A stretch of 32,000 bases of DNA from Acinetobacter wanghuae (lineage in GTDB: Bacteria > Pseudomonadota > Gammaproteobacteria > Pseudomonadales > Moraxellaceae), in the NCBI RefSeq assembly GCF_009557235.1, contig NZ_CP045650.1, forward strand, positions 540,001 to 572,000. The letters are read 5' to 3'. How positions within the stretch are numbered: the stretch's first letter is position 1; each line of letters opens with the position of its first letter. The notes beneath the pieces are model-generated. The model had not been told where the DNA came from. It saw nothing but the letters and a program-made list of their open reading frames with translations, and ran no database searches. Both the position numbers and the translations under genes were made by a program. Below, piece after piece: positions 1 to 8,500 of this stretch.

Positions 1-618
1 ACGCAAACCATTGAACATGGTAATGACCAACTTGATCTAGAAAAATCCAATAACATTGAGCTTGGTTTACATTATGAAGGCGATAAGCTCGACTATCATG
101 TGCATCTGTACCATAACTGGTTTGATAACTATATTTATGCAGCTGATACAGGCGAAGAAGATCACGGCTACCGCGAAGTTAACTATCGTCAAGACAGTGC
201 GAAATTTTATGGAACTGAAGCGGAAGTCTCTTATCACATCAATGACACTTACACAGTTGGATTATTTGGTGACTATGTGCGTGGCAAAATTGAAGGTGAA
301 AATGCACCACGTATACCTGCAGGTCGTTTAGGGGCTAAAATTGAATCTGATTTTGCGGATGGTTGGTCAGCGGTGGCAGAGTACTACCATGTCTTTAATC
401 AAGATGAATTTGCTGATTATGAGACTGAAACGCAAGGCTATAACATGGTCAATGTGGGCTTAAGTTATACGAATCGTATTGCTGATAAAAACAGTTATCG
501 CATGTATTTAAAAGCGAATAACTTATTGGATGATCAAGTTTATTCACACACATCATTCTTATCGACTATTCCACAAGTGGGACGTAATTTCAGCATGGGC
601 TTAGAATATCGTTTCTAA
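1..618 (+). CDS. TonB-dependent outer-membrane receptor, C-terminal part (5' end lies outside the window)
   Basis: Frame 1 is open from nt 1, with no stop before the listed Met at 100. The sequence has a beta-barrel-like alternating pattern and ends ...GLEYRF with a terminal aromatic residue, as TonB-dependent receptors do. A hairpin follows the stop. Confidence 0.85.
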   Translation, partial: TQTIEHGNDQLDLEKSNNIELGLHYEGDKLDYHVHLYHNWFDNYIYAADTGEEDHGYREVNYRQDSAKFYGTEAEVSYHINDTYTVGLFGDYVRGKIEGENAPRIPAGRLGAKIESDFADGWSAVAEYYHVFNQDEFADYETETQGYNMVNVGLSYTNRIADKNSYRMYLKANNLLDDQVYSHTSFLSTIPQVGRNFSMGLEYRF

Positions 619-695
619 AATATGCTAAACAAAACCGATGATGTGATTGAAATAAAACAGTAATCACAGAAATGCTCTTGATATATTGCATCATA

Positions 696-728
696 AAACC
701 TAGTCTGAGCGTATTGGACTAGGTTTTT
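696..728 (+). terminator. Rho-independent terminator after the receptor gene
   Basis: aaacctagtc-(11 nt loop)-gactaggttt followed by a T-run. It ends 5 nt before the pld ATG. Confidence 0.6.
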
Positions 729-732
729 TGTT

Positions 733-2193
733 ATGCGTATTTTTCAACGAATTCATCAGAAATTGAATTGGTCAACTCGTGGGTATGTCGGACTGATTGT
801 GGGGATGTTGGCAATCGGTTATCTATCGTCTGCCATCTATCATGTCTATAAACCTTTACCCGATGGCTTAAATGTCACGGGTAAATTACGCCATGCAGAT
901 GTCGAATTTTTGGCGGATCGAACTTATATCGATGCAAAAGGTCAGCAACAGCAGCATGTTATTTTTAAACAAATGCTGAAACTGATTGATGAAGCCAATA
1001 GTTTGATTGTGATTGATATGTTCCTATTTAATCAAGAAATAGGTGAATCGAAACAAGTCCATGAAAAGCTCACCCAACAGCTGACTGATGCTTTACTGAA
1101 TAAGCGCCAATCAGCACATCAAATTGAAATTAAAGTTATTACGGATCCGATTAATTCGGTTTATGGTGGATTGCTGCCTGAGCATTATCGTGCTTTGCGT
1201 CAAGGCGGCATTGATGTGATTGAAACTAATCTTTTACCTCTACGTGCTTCCAATCCAACGTGGTCAGGTATTTGGTATTTATGCTGTCAAGGTTTAGGCA
1301 ATAATCCAGAAGGGGGATGGCTACCGAATCCAGTTGGCAAAGGTAAAGTGACTTTACGTAGTTATAGCAATCTCATTAACTTTAAAGCCAATCATCGCAA
1401 AACCATCGTGGTCGATACCAATGAAGGTTGGAAAACATTAGTAACATCAATGAACCTACATGATGGCAGTTCGCGCCATTCGAATGTGGCTTTGCTAGTA
1501 AATGGCAATACCGCAATTGATGTGCTTAAATCAGAACAAACTGTTGCAGCCATGTCGCAAGCAGATGTGTCAGGCATTGTGATTGGTGAGTTCGAAGCTG
1601 AAAAATCTTTGCCTCAAGTGCAAGTTTTAACTGAAGCTGCGATTTATGAAGCAACTTTAAATCTGATTAAACAGGCTAAAGCCAAAGAGCAGATTGATTT
1701 AGCGATGTTCTACTTATCCGAGCGTCGTATTATCAAGGCATTGATTGAAGCAAAACAGCGCGGTGTGGCGGTCAGAGTTTTACTTGACCCGAATAAAGAT
1801 GCCTTTGGTCGTACTAAAAATGGCATACCGAACCGCCCTGTGGCAGCGGAATTACATAATGCGGGGATTGATGTACGTTGGTGTAATACGCAAGGTGAGC
1901 AATGCCACAGTAAAATGATTATCAAGCATTCAGCAAATGCTGCTGAGCTGATTTTGGGTTCTGCCAATTTTACTGCGCGTAACTTAAAGAATTATAATTT
2001 AGAAACTGATTTACGCGTGATTGGTACTGCTCAAGCGAAAGTCTTTATGGATGCGAAAAGCTACTTTAATCAGGCGTGGTCGAATCAAAATGCTCAGCAG
2101 ATGAGTGTTGATTATGCGAAGTATGCAGATGAATCGACATGGAAATATCTTAAATATCGTTTCTTAGAGTGGAGCGGGATGTCGACGTTTTAA
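733..2193 (+). CDS. Phospholipase D / cardiolipin-synthase-like protein with an N-terminal TM helix and two HKD motifs
   Basis: Two HxK(x)4D..GSxN-type motifs are present: NHRKTIVVD...SMNLHDGS and CHSKMIIKH...GSANFTARN. The N-terminal segment GLIVGMLAIGYLSSAIY is hydrophobic. Confidence 0.85.
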   Translation: MRIFQRIHQKLNWSTRGYVGLIVGMLAIGYLSSAIYHVYKPLPDGLNVTGKLRHADVEFLADRTYIDAKGQQQQHVIFKQMLKLIDEANSLIVIDMFLFNQEIGESKQVHEKLTQQLTDALLNKRQSAHQIEIKVITDPINSVYGGLLPEHYRALRQGGIDVIETNLLPLRASNPTWSGIWYLCCQGLGNNPEGGWLPNPVGKGKVTLRSYSNLINFKANHRKTIVVDTNEGWKTLVTSMNLHDGSSRHSNVALLVNGNTAIDVLKSEQTVAAMSQADVSGIVIGEFEAEKSLPQVQVLTEAAIYEATLNLIKQAKAKEQIDLAMFYLSERRIIKALIEAKQRGVAVRVLLDPNKDAFGRTKNGIPNRPVAAELHNAGIDVRWCNTQGEQCHSKMIIKHSANAAELILGSANFTARNLKNYNLETDLRVIGTAQAKVFMDAKSYFNQAWSNQNAQQMSVDYAKYADESTWKYLKYRFLEWSGMSTF

Positions 2194-2200
2194 TTGACCT

Positions 2201-2270
2201 GAATCCCACCTCACCTCCCTTTCGAAAAGGGAGGAAGTCCCTCTTTTATAAAGAGGGATTTAGGGAGATT
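2201..2270. repeat. Inverted pair of ~33-nt GC-rich hairpin units (REP/MITE-like family)
   Basis: gaatcccacctcacctccctttcgaaaagggagg / tccctcttttataaagagggatttagggagatt. The hairpins lie at 2214-2234 and 2238-2258. The same unit recurs at 3434-3470 and 26374-26471. Confidence 0.7.
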
Positions 2271-2287
2271 AATTGGTTATGGAATTT

Positions 2288-2758
2288 TTAAACCTGCTGT
2301 AATGGCTCAGGATTTGGCGGAATAATCGTATCCAAATCTTTATCCGACATTTGATCCAATTCTTTTAAATCGGTTTTAATTTTCCATTGATCGACGTTAT
2401 CGACTGGATTCGGTAAACGTGCCTCTAACCAATCACATACCACATCGGGTGGGAAGTCTGCATGATTACATTGGATCACCCAAGACAAGAACTGCTTCGC
2501 TTCACCATTCATATACGGTGGTGGTGAAACAGGTAAAAACTGCGTCGGTAAACGCTCATTTTTAGAAATATAATTAAGAACGTGACCCAGTTCCTGTACG
2601 GTTTGCCAAGCAAGCGGATGATCCACATCAATTTGAAATTTAAACCACCATGCTTGTTTACCATCAGATCCATATGAATCAATCAAGTTCTTTTGGATAC
2701 TCGGAACTTTAGAGAAAAATGCATATAAACGATCAAAACTTAAATCTGACACGGGCAA
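2288..2758 (-). CDS. Hypothetical cytoplasmic protein (156 aa), no family recognised
   Basis: This is the only long ORF in the interval and its composition looks protein-like. Only non-ATG starts are available (TTG 2758 or GTG 2752) and the SD is weak, so confidence is reduced. Confidence 0.5.
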   Translation of the reverse strand: MPVSDLSFDRLYAFFSKVPSIQKNLIDSYGSDGKQAWWFKFQIDVDHPLAWQTVQELGHVLNYISKNERLPTQFLPVSPPPYMNGEAKQFLSWVIQCNHADFPPDVVCDWLEARLPNPVDNVDQWKIKTDLKELDQMSDKDLDTIIPPNPEPLQQV

Positions 2759-2828
2759 TGATCCATTTTATGTAAAAATTAGATTTTATCATAAAGCTTC
2801 GCGCTTAAGATTTAGATGATTCTGCTGA

Positions 2829-2876
2829 TTAAATGGCTTTATTACAAAAAATTGCATGCCATTCGGTTTTGCCCAT
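2829..2876 (-). CDS. Candidate 15-codon small ORF (MGKTEWHAIFCNKAI) behind a perfect Shine-Dalgarno
   Basis: The minus strand reads tttAAGGAGGaaatATGggcaaaaccgaatggcatgcaattttttgtaataaagccatttaa. There is no conservation or expression evidence, and the same motif could be an anti-SD in the plus-strand leader. Confidence 0.25.
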   Translation of the reverse strand: MGKTEWHAIFCNKAI

Positions 2877-2929
2877 ATTTCCTCCTTAAATTTTGTTTAA
2901 AATATACCCAATGATAAGAGGTGACTGAT

Positions 2930-3370
2930 ATGAAAGCTGTAATATCGGGTGGATTGCTGAGTAGTCTATTTTTAGTTGTACCGATGCAAAGTTTTGCCGC
3001 AAATCAAGGCACGATCGTCAATAATCCGAATGCGTATCGCAATCAGGTTTTGCCGCAAAGGCAGCAGACACTTTATCCTGTAAGACCACAGCGTCCGATG
3101 CCACCCTTTGGACATCATCCGTATCCACCGCAATATCCACATCATCCTTCTATTCAAAATGGCATCAATATTCAGTATCGTGCCCCAACAACGGTCTATC
3201 AAACATCGAATAGTTATAGTTGGGTCAACGGGGATCCCAATGTGGCCAGTATTGAAAGTTCGAACTATGTTCTCATTACCGATTGGAAACGTTTAGGTTT
3301 GCCTGCACCACCGACAGGCATGTATTGGATTTTAGACAATGGTCGCTATGTTTTAGTGCCTCATGATTGA
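2930..3370 (+). CDS. Periplasmic RcnB-family-like protein (His/Pro-rich, signal peptide)
   Basis: SD aagagg (2916-2921) precedes the ATG at 2930. The signal peptide is MKAVISGGLLSSLFLVVPMQSFA, followed by a His/Pro-rich stretch. The C-terminal segment DWKRLGLPAPPTGMYWILDNGRYVLV matches the RcnB/YohN-type motif as I remember it. Confidence 0.7.
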   Translation: MKAVISGGLLSSLFLVVPMQSFAANQGTIVNNPNAYRNQVLPQRQQTLYPVRPQRPMPPFGHHPYPPQYPHHPSIQNGINIQYRAPTTVYQTSNSYSWVNGDPNVASIESSNYVLITDWKRLGLPAPPTGMYWILDNGRYVLVPHD

Positions 3371-3433
3371 TGTCATTGCTCTAAAATTGCTGAAGTATGA
3401 AGTTGTTTATCACACATTCGAATTAGAACATGA

Positions 3434-3470
3434 AAACCCTCTGCTTTAAGGAGAGGGTTTTAGGTCAGTT
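3434..3470. terminator. Bidirectional hairpin between convergent genes; degenerate copy of the repeat unit
   Basis: aaaaccctctgctttaaggagagggtttta then ggtcagtt, flanked by A-run and T-run. The stem core CCCTCT/AGAGGG and the TTTAGG tail resemble the units at 2238-2270 and 26438-26471. Confidence 0.6.
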
Positions 3471-3494
3471 TATCTTTTAAAACAGCACAGTTGA

Positions 3495-3992
3495 TTATGC
3501 AAGTTCATCATCTTCAGGGCGTGGAGTTTTACCTGGTGGAAGTGGTTTATCGCTATTTTTATCACGCATGACCGAAGGATACGTCCATGAAGCGTAACGA
3601 ACGACTAAAATTGAAAACGCTAAAATTAAGATAGAACCGGTAATAATCACTTGATCAATACTGGCTTTATGTGTGTGTTGGATATCTGCGATGAGTAAAC
3701 GGGTGAGTGCAGTAATTGCAATATAAATCAGAAAACGAACAGGCATGTGATTGGTTTTAAAGTAAATACCGACCATTGCACCCAGTTCTAAATAGATGAA
3801 CAACAGCAAAATATCATCAATGGTGGCAAATTTTTTGATGGTTAAAATTTCAACCACTGTATGACCTGCAGACCAAATGACCATACAACCAATAATAAAC
3901 AGGGCAATGTAATGGAAACTTTCAACCGCAAAATTACCGAAACGGTCAAGGATGGATTCTAGTTTATGTAACTTGGGATCAGGTTTTGACAT
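3495..3992 (-). CDS. psiE: Phosphate-starvation-inducible protein PsiE (inner membrane)
   Basis: The start was moved to the ATG at 3992, behind a strong SD (aggaggataaaATG). The protein is 165 aa with four hydrophobic helices and PsiE-like segments (FIIGCMVIWSAGHTVVEI..., FLIYIAITALTRLLI). Confidence 0.8.
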   Translation of the reverse strand: MSKPDPKLHKLESILDRFGNFAVESFHYIALFIIGCMVIWSAGHTVVEILTIKKFATIDDILLLFIYLELGAMVGIYFKTNHMPVRFLIYIAITALTRLLIADIQHTHKASIDQVIITGSILILAFSILVVRYASWTYPSVMRDKNSDKPLPPGKTPRPEDDELA

Positions 3993-4163
3993 TTTATCCT
4001 CCTTATTTGATAGAGCGAACAGTGTAACCAAAGAATGACTAGCAATTTTTATGCACAGAATATTTTCATAAAAAATAATGACTAAATAATTAAAAGTTTT
4101 ATAGTTTTTTCATAACAAATTGCTATATTGTATGAGTTAGACATTAATAAAAGGGAGAACAAA

Positions 4164-4370
4164 ATGTTAGATAAAATTCAAACAAAAATTAGCCAACTTG
4201 AAGCCGGTAAAAAATTGATTCTTGGCTCAGGGATTAAATCTGATGATATGCAAAAGGTGGTTGAACTGTGTGAATCCTTAGCATCTGTTGGCGAAATTAA
4301 AATTGTGAACAAACATTTGAATCCGAAAACCAACAATCAGCCAGATACCATTTTGATTGAAAAAGTCTAA
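4164..4370 (+). CDS. Hypothetical small protein (68 aa)
   Basis: SD aagggag lies 6 nt before the ATG at 4164 and a strong terminator follows. No family recognised. Confidence 0.5.
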   Translation: MLDKIQTKISQLEAGKKLILGSGIKSDDMQKVVELCESLASVGEIKIVNKHLNPKTNNQPDTILIEKV

Positions 4371-4391
4371 TTTTTTGAGCTTAATATGTAT

Positions 4392-4423
4392 AAAAAAACG
4401 CCTGCAATTGCAGGCGTTTTTTT
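4392..4423. terminator. Bidirectional Rho-independent terminator
   Basis: aaaaaaa-cgcctgcaattgcaggcg-ttttttt, lying between convergent genes. Confidence 0.85.
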
Positions 4424-4434
4424 ACGACTGATCT

Positions 4435-6216
4435 TTAAGATTGGTGGGTGAAGTAATCTTCAGAGAAGTTCATAATCACTTCCGCACCTGCTTTTACTTT
4501 GGTAATGCGTAGTGCCAATTCAGGCAAGATACGTTGTACGAAGTAAAGTGCAAGCGCGACTTTGTTTTGATAGAACTCGCCATCTTTTGCTTTAGCGGCT
4601 TTCGCAATACGTGCAAACATGTACGAGAAGCTAAGAAGACCAACTGCATGTAGATAATCGACTGCTGCAGCATTCGGGAAGTTGATATTTTCTTGTGCAG
4701 CTTCAATAATGTATTGCGTCACGGCTTCGACTTCAGTTGCTGCATCTAAGGTTGCATCTTTAATGAAGTTGAGGTCTGCATCTAAATCATTCGCGAAATC
4801 ACGGATTTCTTGGATGTATTCTGCAATGAACTCACCGCCACATTTAATGGTTTTACGACCAATTAAATCTTGTGACTGAACACCGTTGGTGCCTTCGTAA
4901 ATTTGTGCAATACGGAGGTCACGGATGCATTGTTCCATACCCCATTCACGGATATAGCCATGACCACCAAACACCATTTGTGCATCAAGCGTTGCTTGAA
5001 ATGCGGTATCGGTTAAATAGGCTTTTGCAATTGGCGTTAATAGCGCGACACGGTCATTGGCTTTTTTCACCGCTTCAGGATCTGTTGAGAATTTGGTGAT
5101 ATCTAACTGTTGACCCACGTATACAGCAAAGGCACGAGACGCTTCATTGTTAGCACGGGCATTAAGTAGCATACGACGTACATCACCATGCACTAAAATG
5201 CTGTCGGCAGGTTTGCTTGGTGATTGAACACCTGATGCACTACGACCTTGTAGGCGATCTGTCGCATATTGCGCTGCATTTTGATACGCATATTCAGATG
5301 CGCCTAAACCTTGGATGCCCATCGATAAACGTTCGTAGTTCATCATCACGAACATTGCCGCTAAGCCTTCATTTTCTTTACCGACCAAGTAACCTTTTGC
5401 ACCATCAAAGTTCATGACGCATGTCGCAGAAGCCTTAATGCCCATTTTGTGTTCGATTGAGCCAGGAGCCACTAGGTTACGTTCACCTAAAGAACCATCT
5501 GCATTTACCATAAATTTCGGTACGATAAACAGTGAAATACCACGAGAACCTGCAGGTGCATCTGGTGTTTTTGCAAGGACTAAGTGAATGATATTTTCAG
5601 CAAGGTCATGGTCACCACCGGTAATAAAGATTTTGGTACCTGTAATGCTATATCTACCATCTTCGTTGCGTTCAGCTTTGGTTTTAATAATGCCTAAGTC
5701 TGTACCAGCATGAGGTTCGGTTAAGCACATGGTACCTGACCATTCACCTGAATAGATTTTAGGTAAATAGGTTTCTTTTTGTTCTTGTGATGCATAGCTG
5801 TTCAGCGCCATACCTGCACCTACGGAAAGAAGCGGGTAGAGCATAAAGGATGGATTGGTCGCAAATAGCATTTCGTCAGAAAGTACGGTCAGCATTTTTG
5901 GCATTTCCTGACCGCCCCATTCAGCGTCAGCACCTAAACCGATCCAACCACCTTCGGCATATTGTTTGAATGCTTCTTTAAAGCCAGCAGGCGTCGTCAC
6001 ACTGCCATTATTATAAGTTGCGCCTTCTTCATCACCCGTGCGGTTTAAAGGAAGGGTAACATTTTGAGAAAATTTCGCCATTTCTTCAAGAATGGCTTCA
6101 GCTGTTGCTGCATCGATGTGCGCTAAATTTTCATTGGCTTGCCAAAATTGCTCTGCATTAAAAACATCATTTAAGATGAATTTCATATCGGCAAGCGGCG
6201 CGTTATAAATTGGCAT
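4435..6216 (-). CDS. Long (~593 aa) acyl-CoA dehydrogenase, FadE1/FadE2-type
   Basis: The start was moved to the ATG at 6216 (aggtgaacactATG), giving MPIYNAPLADMKF, parallel to the paralogue's MPQYKAPLRDMQF. ACAD-type segments are present (GEWSGTMCLTEPHAGTDLG, IYEGTNGVQ). Confidence 0.9.
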   Translation of the reverse strand: MPIYNAPLADMKFILNDVFNAEQFWQANENLAHIDAATAEAILEEMAKFSQNVTLPLNRTGDEEGATYNNGSVTTPAGFKEAFKQYAEGGWIGLGADAEWGGQEMPKMLTVLSDEMLFATNPSFMLYPLLSVGAGMALNSYASQEQKETYLPKIYSGEWSGTMCLTEPHAGTDLGIIKTKAERNEDGRYSITGTKIFITGGDHDLAENIIHLVLAKTPDAPAGSRGISLFIVPKFMVNADGSLGERNLVAPGSIEHKMGIKASATCVMNFDGAKGYLVGKENEGLAAMFVMMNYERLSMGIQGLGASEYAYQNAAQYATDRLQGRSASGVQSPSKPADSILVHGDVRRMLLNARANNEASRAFAVYVGQQLDITKFSTDPEAVKKANDRVALLTPIAKAYLTDTAFQATLDAQMVFGGHGYIREWGMEQCIRDLRIAQIYEGTNGVQSQDLIGRKTIKCGGEFIAEYIQEIRDFANDLDADLNFIKDATLDAATEVEAVTQYIIEAAQENINFPNAAAVDYLHAVGLLSFSYMFARIAKAAKAKDGEFYQNKVALALYFVQRILPELALRITKVKAGAEVIMNFSEDYFTHQS

Positions 6217-6340
6217 AGTGTTCACCTGTTTATTGTTTAATTAGGGGCAATTCATATATCGTTTTACTTAGTTTAATCTAACTAAAATCATATTGTTAGA
6301 AGACTAAAGTTTATTCTTTGATACTTTTATAAAGAAAAAG

Positions 6341-6378
6341 GACTGTCTATAACATGACCGTCCTTTTTCTCTTGATTC
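6341..6378 (-). terminator. Terminator of the upstream acyl-CoA dehydrogenase gene
   Basis: The minus strand reads aaaaaggacggtcatgttatagacagtccttttt, followed by T-rich sequence. Confidence 0.55.
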
Positions 6379-6396
6379 ATTTAAAACAACATCAAC

Positions 6397-8199
6397 TTAG
6401 AATGCGAAATGTTCAGCATCTAATGTCATTAATGGTTCTAAACCAGTTGCGATCACATCAACATGTGAGCGAACACGTGGCAAGATTTTTTTGAAGTAGA
6501 AGCGAGCAGTGGTCACTTTCGCGTTGTAGAAGTCAACATCGGTTGTGCCTTCTGCAAGTTTCTCTTGAGCCACTAACGCCATACGCGCCCATAGGTAAGC
6601 AAGTGTCACATAACCAGAGAAGTATAGGTAATCGACTGCAGCCGCACCTACTTCTTCAGGGTTTTGCATTGCACGCATACCAATTTGCATGGTGAGGTCA
6701 CCCCATTCTTTGTTTAATGCCGCCAATGGCTCAACGAATTCTTTCATTGCAGCATTGTCTTTATTGGCTTCATTAAATTTATGAATGATTTTAGTGAAGT
6801 CTTTCAGCATTGCACCTTGTGTGCCCAATACTTTACGACCGAGTAAATCAAGTGCTTGAATTTCAGTTGTGCCTTCGTACAAGCAAGCGATACGTGTATC
6901 ACGTACAATTTGTTCCATGCCATGCTCAGAAATAAAGCCATGACCGCCGAACACTTGAACACCGTGTTTTGCAGCTTCCGAACCTGTTTCAGTTAAGAAT
7001 GCTTTACCAATTGGAGTAAGCAATGACAAGATATTGTCAGCAAATTTACGTTCTTCTTCAGACGCACCTTGTTCAACTACGTCGGCGTATTGCGCAAGCA
7101 AGTAAACCAATGCACGACCACCTTCTGCATATGCTTTTTGAGTTAAAAGCATATTACGAACGGCTGGATGCACAATAATTGGATCTGCTTCTTTTTCTGG
7201 TGCTTTAGGACCAGACAATGAACGCATTGCTAAACGGTCTTTAGCATATGCCAACGCACCTTGGAATGATGACTCAGCTGCTGATAAACCTTGCACCGCT
7301 GTACCAATACGTGCCGTGTTCATGAAAGTGAACATGCAGTTTAGACCACGGTTTTCAGGGCCAATCAAGAAACCTTTTGCATTATCAAAGTTGATCACAC
7401 AAGTCGCGTTCCCGTGAATTCCCATTTTGTGTTCGATTGAACCACAACGTACGCCATTGCGTTCGCCTACAGAACCATCTGCAGTCAGGTTGAATTTCGG
7501 TACGATGAATAGTGAAATACCTTTGGTGCCTTTTGGCGCACCCGGAAGACGTGCAAGAACAATATGGATAATGTTCTCAGCCATATCGTGTTCACCAGCA
7601 GAGATAAAGATTTTCTCGCCAGAGATTGCATAACTACCGTCTGCTTGTGGTTCAGCTTTAGTACGGATAATGCCAAGGTCAGAACCTGCATGAGATTCTG
7701 TTAAACACATGGTACCTGTCCACTCACCTGAAACCAATTTAGGCAAGTAAGCATCTTTTTGTTCTTGAGAACCGTGGTGTTCTAAAGTACGGACTGCGCC
7801 ATGAGAAAGACCAGGGTACATACCCCACGCCCAGTTTGCAGTACCAACCATTTCAGAAATGGTAATACCTAAAGAGTTTGGTAAGCCTTGACCGCCGTAT
7901 TGCTCTTCAGCAGACAAAGAAGGGAAGCCAAGCTCAATGTATTTTTGGTACGCTTCTTTAAAGCCTGTTGGTGTGGTTACAACGCCATCATTCCAAGTAC
8001 AACCTTCACGGTCGCCCACTTGGTTTAAAGGAGAAAGTTCATTTTCACAGAAGTCAGCCGCAGCTTCTAAATACTGATCGACCAATTCACGACTGACTGT
8101 TTCAGCAAATGCAGGGAGATTTGCATAATGTTGTTCAGCATTTAAAAGTTCATGAAGAACAAACTGCATATCACGTAAAGGCGCTTTGTATTGTGGCAT
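6397..8199 (-). CDS. Long (600 aa) acyl-CoA dehydrogenase, paralogue of 4435-6216
   Basis: The start was moved to the ATG at 8199 (gaggaaacagctATG). The protein aligns along its length with the neighbouring ACAD (GEWTGTMCLTESHAGSDLG, LYEGTTEIQ). Confidence 0.9.
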   Translation of the reverse strand: MPQYKAPLRDMQFVLHELLNAEQHYANLPAFAETVSRELVDQYLEAAADFCENELSPLNQVGDREGCTWNDGVVTTPTGFKEAYQKYIELGFPSLSAEEQYGGQGLPNSLGITISEMVGTANWAWGMYPGLSHGAVRTLEHHGSQEQKDAYLPKLVSGEWTGTMCLTESHAGSDLGIIRTKAEPQADGSYAISGEKIFISAGEHDMAENIIHIVLARLPGAPKGTKGISLFIVPKFNLTADGSVGERNGVRCGSIEHKMGIHGNATCVINFDNAKGFLIGPENRGLNCMFTFMNTARIGTAVQGLSAAESSFQGALAYAKDRLAMRSLSGPKAPEKEADPIIVHPAVRNMLLTQKAYAEGGRALVYLLAQYADVVEQGASEEERKFADNILSLLTPIGKAFLTETGSEAAKHGVQVFGGHGFISEHGMEQIVRDTRIACLYEGTTEIQALDLLGRKVLGTQGAMLKDFTKIIHKFNEANKDNAAMKEFVEPLAALNKEWGDLTMQIGMRAMQNPEEVGAAAVDYLYFSGYVTLAYLWARMALVAQEKLAEGTTDVDFYNAKVTTARFYFKKILPRVRSHVDVIATGLEPLMTLDAEHFAF

Positions 8200-8456
8200 A
8201 GCTGTTTCCTCAATACTGGTTTCTACCAGCGTTATAATCCTAAATAAACAATAAAACGTATCTTCATTGACACGTATTGGAATGGGTCTAATCGTGCTAC
8301 ATCTTCCCTGAAGGCACAAGCATTTAAGGGTAAATTGTTGGTGACTGTAAAGTCAAAGATAAATACAGTGAAACCGTCAAATGTCTTGAGTGTAAACGGT
8401 TTTATGGAGAAATAAATGACACGAATGGTCAAAAAACGTAACCAGTGATGTCCAAT

Positions 8457-8486
8457 AAAAAAGGCACTCAAATGAGTGCCTTTTTT
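8457..8486. terminator. Rho-independent terminator downstream of the lipoprotein gene
   Basis: aaaaaaggcactcaaatgagtgcctttttt. Confidence 0.75.
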
Positions 8487-8500
8487 ATATAAACTTAAAA

